Shown piece by piece: positions 9,701 to 18,434 of a DNA stretch of 64,000 nt. The notes beneath the pieces are model-generated. The model did not search any database. It saw only the letters and a list, made by a program, of their open reading frames with translations, and was not told the origin of the DNA. This DNA comes from a virus (Duplodnaviria; Caudoviricetes): positions 130,706-194,705 of the IMG/VR virus record IMGVR_UViG_2834368228_000004; one strand, given 5' to 3'. The translations under genes were made by a program, and so were the position numbers. The number at the start of each line of letters is the position of its first letter. Position 1 is the stretch's first letter.

Positions 9701-12700
9701 AACGCTGCTGAACTGCCAACTATCATGAATGGAACTATAACAAGTCTTCAAAATAATGGAGCAACCATAACAATGATTGCTCAAGACGATGGAATAGAGC
9801 TTACGAATAAATTAAATGCAATGATGGATATTGATCCACAAGATGAAACCAGTGGATTTTTAAGCTCCAAAAAAGAGCCAACGGAAATTATCGATGAGCT
9901 ATTAACTGACTCACGAGGATTATGGTCAAACATTTCTGCATCACTAAGCAACAAAGAATATCAAGATCATGCACTTGGTGTAATGCATTTCGGTGAAACT
10001 GGATTACCTCAAGGAATTGCAGACTTTAAAGATTTATTTACACTTGGAATTATGGAGAGCAGGGATCGGGCTGAAGTAAATATGAATGTTTATCAGACGA
10101 CGGGGCTCCTTCATGAAGATCAAAGCAAATGGTACAACCGATTAAAGGATGGTCTTGGAATTGGAGAATCAGATGAGGTAAATATTAATATTAACCTTTA
10201 TGATAAGACGATATGGGATGTTCTAAACATTGGAGCATCAGTCGGGTCTGACATGATAACAGCGGTCCATCCATTTGGTTTAAGAAGTACTATCTTTTTA
10301 GGGAAACCATACTTCCCAATCACCTATGGATATAAAGTTGACTTAGAATCAGAAAAAGTTGTTGGTGAGAAAATCAAGTCGTTCAAACAACTGCATTCTT
10401 ACGATAGTTACACATCCATTATTAGTAATGGGATTAAAGCTACGGAAGACAATATGTATACTGTTGCAGTAGGGGCATATAACAATGAGGGTAAACTGAA
10501 TGTAACCCCACCAGTTTATGTAGATAGTAATATATGGCCAGAGAAACAAAAGACAGTAAATATTGATACAACATTGAATGCTAAAGGAGTAGCAGCGTTA
10601 GGGGCAGTTCCCTTTATTGGAGATATGTTAAATAAACCAGCTAAATGGTTCTTTGATGAAGGTGTTGCACTTAAAATAACTGCTGCAGGACTACGTGATT
10701 TTGTAAAAGATATGTATGATGGTTATTTGACGGTTCCTGGTGATCCCTCTGTGAAGCCTTACGACACAATGCTACTTCAAGACTTTTATACAGATATGGT
10801 TGGTCCCGCAGATATGAAGGAGATTATTCACGTTATGAATCACGATGTAGGATTCATAACAATGATAAAACCTGATGTAATTGCCTACAATGAAGATCAA
10901 ACTATTTTTAATACCATTGCACGAGCGATGACAGTTGTAGCTTATGCTGCCACTAGAATGATTGCCCACAATATTTTAAAAGCAAAAGGATATACAGGTT
11001 CATTTCCTATTTTAAACGCAGTCTGGTCAAGCACAAAAGAAAAGATGGGTAAAGCTCATCGAACATTTAAAGGAACCGCTTCTAAGGTAACAAATAGAAT
11101 ACCGCAGCTTGATATTGACCGATGGAAGAAAAATGGAACATTTGATAGTCTCTCTAAATCCTTTGGTAATGTTTCTAAGAAAGACTTAGAAGACCTGTTG
11201 AAGAAAGGGCAATTAAATGCATCTAAAACAATAAAAGATTTCAATAAGAAGTATCCTAACTTAAATAAAAAAGCAAGTACAGTTTTATTGAAGGGTGAAA
11301 AGGGAGCTAAGAAAGTTTTGAGTGGTGGAAAGGCTTTGGGATCTGTAGTTAAAGGAGCTTGGAAAGCAAAGCACGCTTTATTAGGACCTGCAGGTATTGT
11401 AACTTTAGCAATAGAAAGTGTAGTTGTATCAGCTCTTAGCTCAACAGTTGGTGAGTTTACTGAAAGATTTTTAATGAATAGGCAAGCTGTAATTATTGTT
11501 CCTCTGAAAAAAGATGGATTTGAGTTCACTGCAGGTATAAATGGAAATAAAGGTTCAGTCGAATCCATACCAGAAGATTTAACAAAGTTTTATGAACATC
11601 TTCCTGGACCGCTTTTAGATATGTATATAAGTGCAGAAAGTGCAAACAGTGAAGATGCAGGAGCTAGATTATTTTCAATTCGAAGTGCTTCATCTCAAAA
11701 AACAGTTGATTTAAGCACCATTTTGAATGGACGGATATCTTCCAGTCATATGTATAAAGATAATGGACTTATTGAAGAGATGTATAAAACAGATGTAGCA
11801 GCAGCAGAGAAAGAGATTGCAGAGCGCTTAGAATATTTAGTTAGCATGACACAAGAAGCTCAAAATGTTCAATATACTCATCTTCAAGAAAAGGATTTGA
11901 GTGCTCAAAGTATTTTCTCTAACTTCCTCAATCTGTTGTTTAAGGGCAGTGATACAGAGACCGAGCAGTGGGATGGTACAGGAAGTATTTCACTTAATGG
12001 TAAAGCTGTTAATCTATCAAAGTATTTTAATAAGCTTGGACCGATGATCGATAAAGAAACAGAAAGACAAGGTGTTCCCCAGTATGCGGAAATATTAAAA
12101 GCAAAAACAATGCAAGAATCTGGTGGTAATTATGAACGATATCCAGATGTCATGCAGTCATCAGAAAGCTTAGGACTCCCTCGAAACTCTATCGGTTTAA
12201 GTCGAAGTTTAGAGCAAGGTGTAAAATACTTCATACAGATGATGAATTCAGCAGGTGGAGATGTCGCCCTAGCTATGCAAGCTTATAACTATGGTGGTGG
12301 ATTTATCAACTATGTTAAAGAGCGTGGTGGAGCATGGACACAAGAATTAGCAAATGCTTTCTCTGACATGAAAGCAAGCCAATTGGGTTGGAAAAGATAT
12401 GGAGATAAAAATTACATTAAAAATATCATGCGCTACTATGAATATCCAAAAGGTGGAACAGATGACGCACCATCCACAATCGGGTCAGAAGGAAGGTCAA
12501 AATATCGATTGAGTTTAAGTCAAGCTAAAAGTCAATTGATTGAAGCTAGAGAAGCTAATGATAGAAAGTTTAATGTTACATTAGTTGGATCAAGTACAAG
12601 CTTGATGAGAAAAGGCACATTTGATTTATTAAATCAAATAGCTCAGGATTATAAAAAGTCTACAGGGAAAACAATTAATATTACAAGTGCTTATCGAGCA

Positions 12701-12982
12701 AATGATCCAAACTGGCATGGTACTGGATATGGGGTAGATATTGATACCCCCAATACAATGAGAAGACTTTCTGGAGGAAAGCTTGGATTTCCAAACGGTA
12801 ATGATAAAAATGAAGCAGTCAAGTTGATTGAAGCATCTATTAAAGCAGGTTTTAGTGGAATTTATTTTGGAGATTGGTTCATTATTGAAAATATGAAACG
12901 CAAATATCCCAAAGTACAATTCACCTATGAACCAAATAATCATCATAATCACTTGCACTTATCATACCCTCTCAAAGGATAG
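6800..12982 (+). CDS. Baseplate hub / tail-associated peptidoglycan hydrolase (degenerate SLT-like, GH23 lysozyme-like and M15 peptidase domains)
   Basis: RBS AAGGAGG. C-terminal MQESGG..DVMQSSES..QAYNYG (CwlT-like lysozyme domain) followed by ITSAYR..HGTGYGVD..HNHLH (Zn peptidase M15). Sits directly before the spike and baseplate genes. Confidence 0.8.
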   Translation: MATTLAVDDRDSRYGVLGDHYMRIGDTQFYLPPTDIKVHRMMKNQKVSVMRGKNSLPKESGYFDRVITLTIFFPDVRSINDELRPLLAQSKKCPFLPIENTYLNDAHKVEAITIQNVTVQTTPGFPNTLQAIIQCYAFEPAAYIYGSTEKTFDEMFHWPLFRWYYGRHLKKVKVVDPVFKQLFGSNSDKQLTYFEPVSGEVTNDFQFRIVAEDDLLAIREWNKEKKELIKAWQEDKNGSSLGDFFKNAISSKKDGAKPITKKGKEQQFNEEYDELYSKAMYEYDLHYETWDLGRMELEDFSISFENSISSYQLQMHQSPAHQYLGSQDTVIVARFKTDDMESVASLEDLMRRTSYLTREYHKEVSNGFLEIDHQLARLYGVKSVVIDDVSINTIEGMPGVYDITLTLMAYNRAEKKMHEVSAMTLGLDWDASGTIVNPYLQNAMAGFKKIHTSIGIQQNAEQQAIYNEHVINAFRAAELYPDLELPTYDEVREAGFSLINNNNGVFVDPDFFIKYDSFQDYAQLLSESIDSGSSDIKMYDATGGTATVTKGGLKLDEVADRKVEEMKTITKNSVPNLGVSENVNANQDTTNRSTLEMEALIRKSAQVYEIPEIYPIAFAKAFDSKLRHFYEVGDNPELGGIYNSSAGSPIFMGSNLNLLGGDRSADYAGVMRVSNQYGDAKLISKSIEYNVDVGMRYMKYYWEVAGSMMEDERINTDRLHQMLDIPNTSLDDSYKAQFILMSALYLQHDREILAVMNKGQEPRASILRIYEHLLDVLDGTEAWGYEKLQKEYGKLKVQDYKATIYTVDDDNPTLNIKQSDIDIEDTTELEKTMMHDMLEYDRRGRLVRAFPTFFMTFIDEGQFVGSAKMSDQYFHYRAISDITYNNSRKQASSTLVCELSNVFGSLSDSEKAQDLTHTSFGDMFLASIMPGAVAKAQERSRHRNSNFYKSIYLRTGVRVHMRMGYGANAAELPTIMNGTITSLQNNGATITMIAQDDGIELTNKLNAMMDIDPQDETSGFLSSKKEPTEIIDELLTDSRGLWSNISASLSNKEYQDHALGVMHFGETGLPQGIADFKDLFTLGIMESRDRAEVNMNVYQTTGLLHEDQSKWYNRLKDGLGIGESDEVNININLYDKTIWDVLNIGASVGSDMITAVHPFGLRSTIFLGKPYFPITYGYKVDLESEKVVGEKIKSFKQLHSYDSYTSIISNGIKATEDNMYTVAVGAYNNEGKLNVTPPVYVDSNIWPEKQKTVNIDTTLNAKGVAALGAVPFIGDMLNKPAKWFFDEGVALKITAAGLRDFVKDMYDGYLTVPGDPSVKPYDTMLLQDFYTDMVGPADMKEIIHVMNHDVGFITMIKPDVIAYNEDQTIFNTIARAMTVVAYAATRMIAHNILKAKGYTGSFPILNAVWSSTKEKMGKAHRTFKGTASKVTNRIPQLDIDRWKKNGTFDSLSKSFGNVSKKDLEDLLKKGQLNASKTIKDFNKKYPNLNKKASTVLLKGEKGAKKVLSGGKALGSVVKGAWKAKHALLGPAGIVTLAIESVVVSALSSTVGEFTERFLMNRQAVIIVPLKKDGFEFTAGINGNKGSVESIPEDLTKFYEHLPGPLLDMYISAESANSEDAGARLFSIRSASSQKTVDLSTILNGRISSSHMYKDNGLIEEMYKTDVAAAEKEIAERLEYLVSMTQEAQNVQYTHLQEKDLSAQSIFSNFLNLLFKGSDTETEQWDGTGSISLNGKAVNLSKYFNKLGPMIDKETERQGVPQYAEILKAKTMQESGGNYERYPDVMQSSESLGLPRNSIGLSRSLEQGVKYFIQMMNSAGGDVALAMQAYNYGGGFINYVKERGGAWTQELANAFSDMKASQLGWKRYGDKNYIKNIMRYYEYPKGGTDDAPSTIGSEGRSKYRLSLSQAKSQLIEAREANDRKFNVTLVGSSTSLMRKGTFDLLNQIAQDYKKSTGKTINITSAYRANDPNWHGTGYGVDIDTPNTMRRLSGGKLGFPNGNDKNEAVKLIEASIKAGFSGIYFGDWFIIENMKRKYPKVQFTYEPNNHHNHLHLSYPLKG

Positions 12983-12994
12983 GAGGTAAAAGCT

Positions 12995-13411
12995 TTGAGT
13001 CGTTTAAGAGAAAGTATATCGAAAGAAGGAGCAAAGCAGTCAAAGGAAGAGAGTTCACATGGTCTAATCGGCCATGTGATTCGCTACCATCCTGAATCAT
13101 TTAAATGTTACTGTGATGAGCATAAAGATCAAGAGTTCAAAGATACAGAAAGACATACAGCAGATGTCAAAGTATATCGTGGGAAAAAAGATGAGATATT
13201 AAAACGTGTCCCTTGTATGGTATACTCCCAAGGAATAATTTCAAATGGGTTAGTAAAAGGAGATCGAGTATGGGTTCAGTTTATTAATGGAGATACTGCT
13301 TTCCCAGTTATCACAGGTTACTATCGTGAACCTTCTCAATGGGAATTGACAAAGAACACATTTCAATATGCTGCTGCAGACTTTTTAGGTGGACTTTTAG
13401 GAGGTGATTAA
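12995..13411 (+). CDS. Baseplate spike protein, gpV/gp5 OB-fold-like
   Basis: GDRVWVQFINGDTAFPVITG matches the gpV/VgrG OB-fold signature; synteny; RBS AGGAGG. Confidence 0.65.
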   Translation: MSRLRESISKEGAKQSKEESSHGLIGHVIRYHPESFKCYCDEHKDQEFKDTERHTADVKVYRGKKDEILKRVPCMVYSQGIISNGLVKGDRVWVQFINGDTAFPVITGYYREPSQWELTKNTFQYAAADFLGGLLGGD

Positions 13412-13413
13412 CT

Positions 13414-13761
13414 TTGGCTAAATGGAAAGACGATTTATATGAGTTTGACCAAAATGTAGATTCCAATATTAATGATTTAGATACGGAGCGAACAGAAGCT
13501 AAAGTTAATGATATTGGGATGATTAATCAATCGAATGGTGTTGGCATATTAGCACGAGACAATGGACGATTAGAAGGTTACGCAGATTATGGATTAGGTT
13601 TTCGTATGGATCCTGAGACACAGAGTCTTTCAATTTTCGCACCTAATCTAAGAATCTTCAGCAATAGTGTGGAAACACATGATTTTAATAAGCAAGTTAC
13701 TTTCATAAAAAATGAATACAAAGATGTTCTTCAAATCATACACCAAAAGGAGGATAATTAA
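13414..13761 (+). CDS. Hypothetical baseplate protein
   Basis: RBS AGGAGG; lies between spike-like and gp25-like genes; short beta-strand pattern. Confidence 0.6.
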   Translation: MAKWKDDLYEFDQNVDSNINDLDTERTEAKVNDIGMINQSNGVGILARDNGRLEGYADYGLGFRMDPETQSLSIFAPNLRIFSNSVETHDFNKQVTFIKNEYKDVLQIIHQKEDN

Positions 13762-14384
13762 TGGCTGGTAATTATAGTGAAACGGATATTTCTTTTTTTG
13801 GACAAGAAATGATTAGAGATTTTGAAGTCATTCCTCATGAAAAAGGATTCTTCCTTCAGTGGGAAAAGTCTGAAGAAGCAGGAGGTTACTCCATTTATCG
13901 TAAACCTATGGGAACAGAGGGATGGGAACTAGTAGTGACATTAGAAGATGGAATAACAAGTTACTTAGACAGTAAACCTCCAATTGACCTACCTTACGAT
14001 TATCGTTTGTATCGTATTCTTGAAGGAGATTTTATGCTAGGTGAAGCTGATAATGCAGGCGGTGTTGACTTTAAGATGACCACAGGACATGAATCAGGAG
14101 CACAGGACGCTACTAATCGGTTACGGACACAGAAAGGTGATTGGAGGTCTCATCCAAATTTAGGAGCTAATTTAGAGCTGTTGGAAGGAGAGTCAAACAC
14201 ACGAGAAACCGGTGAAAGAGGCGTGGAACAAATAAAGGATGCTTTGACATATGATTCACGATTCTCAGATAGTGATGTAACTGTTCGTGCTGTTCCAACT
14301 TCTATTGAGCAAATTGATTTCTACGCTATCATAGATAGTGATAACAGAGAGCCAATAGTAGTTAAAGATACATTAAATTTATAA
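13761..14384 (+). CDS. gp25-like baseplate wedge protein with N-terminal FN3-like domain
   Basis: C-half RLRTQKGDWRSHPNLGANL...IKDALTYDSRF is gp25/GPW-like. N-half LQWEKS..GYSIYRK..SYLD..YDYRL is FN3-like. Confidence 0.7.
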   Translation: MAGNYSETDISFFGQEMIRDFEVIPHEKGFFLQWEKSEEAGGYSIYRKPMGTEGWELVVTLEDGITSYLDSKPPIDLPYDYRLYRILEGDFMLGEADNAGGVDFKMTTGHESGAQDATNRLRTQKGDWRSHPNLGANLELLEGESNTRETGERGVEQIKDALTYDSRFSDSDVTVRAVPTSIEQIDFYAIIDSDNREPIVVKDTLNL

Positions 14385-14395
14385 AGGAGTGATGG

Positions 14396-15241
14396 GTGAT
14401 GTTAGTTAAGAAAAGCGGCCAAGAAATCATACGTGATGCAATGAATTTAATAGCAGAAAATACACCAATCACGAATCTGAACTCTGGAAGTATTGCAAGA
14501 TCAATTGTTGAAGCAACAGCTGGCGAATATGAGAATCTGTATGAATTTGCAGAAGCAGTTCTTCATAATGGCTATTTAAGCAGAGCAGATGAGGAGCATT
14601 TATTATATTTTGGTGAGTTATTTAATTACCCTAGAAGGATAGAAGTTGTCATTGACCCCGAAACAGGGGATAGAATAGAACAGCTTATTACATTAGACAC
14701 CTATCGTTATGAGCTTTCAAAACAAGTAACAGCTGCAGTGTCTTCCAATGAAGAAGCTTTGCGATTAGCAATCTTACCAATATCAGGTGTGCAATCAATT
14801 GTTGGTAAAGAGTATACACATGGTACTGGTAGCTTCAGTTTCATCATAACAACACTTTATGGATTTGATGCAGAAGCAGTTAAGGTTGATGTTGAGAATG
14901 CAATACAAGAGAAGAAAGGCTTTGGAGTTAGGCCAGAGGTTGTGTTGCCAGCAGATATCCCACTTGAAATGCAGCTGCAGATTATTTTTAAAGAGAGCAC
15001 CCCACAGAAAGATAGCATACGCTATAAAATTCAATCAGGATTAATGAATTACTTCGGTAATTTCAAAACAGATCAAGACTTTATTTATAATGATTTTGTA
15101 AAAGAAGTAATGGATATGGACGAAAATATTGTGGATTTTAAGCTTAACTATTTCTACCTTAATGATATGCCCGCCTTGCTTACAAATCACACGGTATTAG
15201 AGGAAGAGCGCATTCGACCACGTTTAATCGATGTTTTATAA
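14396..15241 (+). CDS. Baseplate J-like wedge protein
   Basis: ITNLNSGSIARSIVEA...YLSRADEEHLLYFGELFNYPR...YRYEL pattern; follows the gp25-like gene. Confidence 0.75.
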   Translation: MMLVKKSGQEIIRDAMNLIAENTPITNLNSGSIARSIVEATAGEYENLYEFAEAVLHNGYLSRADEEHLLYFGELFNYPRRIEVVIDPETGDRIEQLITLDTYRYELSKQVTAAVSSNEEALRLAILPISGVQSIVGKEYTHGTGSFSFIITTLYGFDAEAVKVDVENAIQEKKGFGVRPEVVLPADIPLEMQLQIIFKESTPQKDSIRYKIQSGLMNYFGNFKTDQDFIYNDFVKEVMDMDENIVDFKLNYFYLNDMPALLTNHTVLEEERIRPRLIDVL

Positions 15242-15267
15242 TTAAAATATACTAGGAGGGATATGTT

Positions 15268-15702
15268 TTGAGTAATCCAACGAAAATATTAGAATATGAT
15301 TTAGGAATTGAGCTGCAGAATTTATTAGATGAATTAAAGCTTGTGAATGAAGATATTAAACTCGCAAACGCAGAAAGTGGCAAGAAAATATCCCAACGTT
15401 TAAAAGAAATTGAAGAAAATGTAATGTCTTTCAATATGAATAAATTAGAGACAGGAAACTTCAATGAATTCTTTACGTACGATGCTGACAGTAATGTTAT
15501 TCAACATGAAGTTACTGGTGATAATCCTTCTGTAACAGAATATGGTTATAAAGAAGATGGAAGCGGAGAGTTGAAAGATTCAACTAAAACTTTTATAGAT
15601 ACAAATGGTAATACAATAACAATCCATAAAACGTATATGTATACCGATGGAAATATTACAGGTATTGCAACAAGTACAACTGTAACACTACCAGAAGCAT
15701 AA
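15268..15702 (+). CDS. Hypothetical virion protein (coiled coil + short YD-like beta hairpins)
   Basis: RBS AGGAGG with TTG start; located in the tail module. Confidence 0.6.
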   Translation: MSNPTKILEYDLGIELQNLLDELKLVNEDIKLANAESGKKISQRLKEIEENVMSFNMNKLETGNFNEFFTYDADSNVIQHEVTGDNPSVTEYGYKEDGSGELKDSTKTFIDTNGNTITIHKTYMYTDGNITGIATSTTVTLPEA

Positions 15703-15714
15703 AGAGGTGATTGT

Positions 15715-16857
15715 ATGGACGTAGTTTCACTTGGAAAAGCAATGAGTACATTGCGAAGTATTCAAGAATTAAATGATGCAATTATTGGCCAGAAAGCAGA
15801 AGGGCATTTCAAAACTGTCGATCATCGGTTGGATTGGATAGAAGGACAAGCGGAGAAATTGATTGTGAAAGGAAGCAAGCAAATTGGTTTAAATCAAGGT
15901 TTGTCTTATAACACTGAGGTAGATAATAATAAAATAAAACTACAAGTAGTGGGAAAAACTATAATAAATTCAGAGACGAATTTGTTATTAAATAACTTAA
16001 ACAAAACCTTTGGATTTAGTTTTTCTCCTAATTTGTTTCGGTTTAGTAATCAGGGAGAAAGTGCAATGTTTGATGGTGATCTAGGAAATTTGGGAGCCAA
16101 CTCCTCTATAAGCTCAACTTTTCCTGGATGGTTTCAAATTTCTTTTCATGAAGCTAAAAATCTCTCCAAAATGAGATTTATTTATAATGGGTATGGAAAA
16201 CCAAGAGAATGGAAAGTAGAAGGAAGCAATGATGAAATAGAATTCGATCTTATTTATCATGAAACAAATGAAACCAAAACAGAAATTGACATATTAATAG
16301 AAGACCCAGTTCCTTATCAGTACTATCGCATAACATGGAACAGTATAAGATCTGGAAATAGAATGACAGTTAATGAAGTTGAATTTTACGAGCAAGAAGA
16401 AATAAACACATATTTTCCACAAGGAACATGGACTTCTCCTGTTATAGATTTAGGTATAGGATGGAAAGAAACAAAGTTAGTGGATGTGTTGAAGCAAGAA
16501 ACAGCAAATGCTACGGTTACACTAGAAGTGGCCACCTCCACAGATGGAGTGTCTTTTACACCATTCACACTTTTAGATGAGTCCAATCCACAACAATCAA
16601 GATACGTAAAGATACGTGCAACACTATCAGCAGATGCCGACATTGGTGGAGAAGATAAGACTCACGACTTTGACCAGTCCAGTGAAGAAAACAGATTCAC
16701 CTTGAATGATTATGTAGAAGCTAACGGTGAATTAAAACTTGTAACGTCTTACACAAGCATAGATGAAACACCTACACCAGAAGGAGTAGGGCAAGTATAT
16801 GAGTATGTCATTGATAAGAGCAAGTTTAAGAAAATAGAAAGCATTTCAGTAAACTAA
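15715..16857 (+). CDS. Tail fibre/appendage protein with discoidin (F5/8C-like) domain
   Basis: PREWKVEGSND...YQYYRI...VNEVEFY; N-terminus MDVVSLGKA shared with 21560 and 26392. Confidence 0.7.
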   Translation: MDVVSLGKAMSTLRSIQELNDAIIGQKAEGHFKTVDHRLDWIEGQAEKLIVKGSKQIGLNQGLSYNTEVDNNKIKLQVVGKTIINSETNLLLNNLNKTFGFSFSPNLFRFSNQGESAMFDGDLGNLGANSSISSTFPGWFQISFHEAKNLSKMRFIYNGYGKPREWKVEGSNDEIEFDLIYHETNETKTEIDILIEDPVPYQYYRITWNSIRSGNRMTVNEVEFYEQEEINTYFPQGTWTSPVIDLGIGWKETKLVDVLKQETANATVTLEVATSTDGVSFTPFTLLDESNPQQSRYVKIRATLSADADIGGEDKTHDFDQSSEENRFTLNDYVEANGELKLVTSYTSIDETPTPEGVGQVYEYVIDKSKFKKIESISVN

Positions 16858-16872
16858 AAGGAGAGATATAAA

Positions 16873-17280
16873 ATGTCTATAGATGAAACTTATTCGAGAA
16901 CATATATAGCATTCTGTGGTGCAGATTTAATGGTAACAATTAACGGTGAAATCGTAGGAGAATTACAAGAGCTAAATTGGGAAGAAGATTTCTTTGCTTC
17001 AGACGAGTATACAATTAATGGGGAAGCTTTATTCGTTACTTTTGAATACGAGCTTGATCTATATAAACTAGCTAAAGAAAAAAGAGAATTCAATATCTGC
17101 ATTGCTTATGCAGCTGAATATGGTAAAAAAATGTATTACAGAATTTATGATTGCTTACTAACAAAGCGAGCAGGAAAACATGCTGTAGATGATATCGTCA
17201 TTAATGAAAAGTATTACTTCAAAGCAAAGAGAATTGAAAAGATAACAGGTGAAAAAGCAGATTTTATATTAAGTAAGTAG
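16873..17280 (+). CDS. Putative tail-tube-like paralog
   Basis: TYIAFCGADL..GELQEL...DDIVINEKYYFKAK resembles tube-fold proteins of large Bacillota myoviruses (from recall, unverified). Confidence 0.4.
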   Translation: MSIDETYSRTYIAFCGADLMVTINGEIVGELQELNWEEDFFASDEYTINGEALFVTFEYELDLYKLAKEKREFNICIAYAAEYGKKMYYRIYDCLLTKRAGKHAVDDIVINEKYYFKAKRIEKITGEKADFILSK

Positions 17281-17292
17281 AGGTGAATTGAT

Positions 17293-18417
17293 ATGCCAGT
17301 ACCAGCTACAACGGGTAGTTTAAAAACAAGCATTCACGATATGGAGATAGGGGATTATATAGTTGCAAGTTCTCATAGAGCAAGCTCTTCATCTGTACCA
17401 AGGTTAAATACTAACATGGGAAATGAACATGTGTTAAATAGCGGTAGCTATGAAGATGTGTATTCAGGAACAACAACTGGATCTATTCTTTTCTATTACG
17501 TGAAAGTAGCAAAAGGTTTGCTTATAAGTGATCGTGTAATTTACCATACTATTTCGTGGGATTTACTGAATACAAATAAACTTATACAAGAATTACCTTG
17601 GGACAATGGAAACATTATCCCCATTATGACAAGTAATAATTCTCCTAGTGGAGTGGCTAGTGCGAGTGGGGAATATGTAGAGCCTCTTAATAACAGTAAG
17701 GTTTACAGAGCATGGGAAGCTTTTCATGATAATTATACTGGTTGGTTATCAGATACTCCTGGAAGAGGTTGGCTTTCATATCAGTTCGCCAAAGCAGAGA
17801 TTGTAAACGGCTATAAATTTAAATCCTCAGGTTCTATGTATAATTTAGAGCAAGCACCTAAATCATGGACATTTGAAGGCTTTGATGGTGAGAACTGGGT
17901 CATACTTGATGAACAAAAAGATGTAACAAATTGGATTGAAGGTGAATATAAGTCATTCAGTTTTTCAAATTCAACTCCTTATTTAACTTATAGAATACTT
18001 GTCACAGAAAACCAGAATACCAGTAGAGTTGTTAATATAGGGCATTTAGAAATGTATGACACAGCAGGCACTATACGCTCCCTTACAGGAGGAGTAGCTT
18101 ATGCAGATGAGAATGGAAATAAAAGTACAATGGATCAAAGCTTTGGAGCATGGCCGACCAATAATGAATGGGATCGTTATATTGTAAACTTTCCTGAAGA
18201 GAAGATACAAGTAGGTAAGACACTAGATGATGTGTTTCATTCGAGTAATATTAGAGCGTGGACTCAAGACACTCCAGATGTAAACCTATCTTCAGGAAGT
18301 CCTTCTAGTAGGGTTACAAGAGGAGGAGGAAGTGGGGTAGAAAATGTTGTATTCTACACATCAAGTGGAGCCACTACAACAAATGGATTTCGTCCGTGTT
18401 TTGAGTATAAAGAATAA
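17293..18417 (+). CDS. Receptor-binding protein: CLec/FGE-like fold with inserted discoidin domain
   Basis: ISWDLLN...[IPIMTSNNSPSG...APKSWTFEG...YRIL]...NNEWD...RVTRGG...GFRP. Confidence 0.65.
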   Translation: MPVPATTGSLKTSIHDMEIGDYIVASSHRASSSSVPRLNTNMGNEHVLNSGSYEDVYSGTTTGSILFYYVKVAKGLLISDRVIYHTISWDLLNTNKLIQELPWDNGNIIPIMTSNNSPSGVASASGEYVEPLNNSKVYRAWEAFHDNYTGWLSDTPGRGWLSYQFAKAEIVNGYKFKSSGSMYNLEQAPKSWTFEGFDGENWVILDEQKDVTNWIEGEYKSFSFSNSTPYLTYRILVTENQNTSRVVNIGHLEMYDTAGTIRSLTGGVAYADENGNKSTMDQSFGAWPTNNEWDRYIVNFPEEKIQVGKTLDDVFHSSNIRAWTQDTPDVNLSSGSPSSRVTRGGGSGVENVVFYTSSGATTTNGFRPCFEYKE

Positions 18418-18434
18418 AGGTAGGTGAATAAAGA

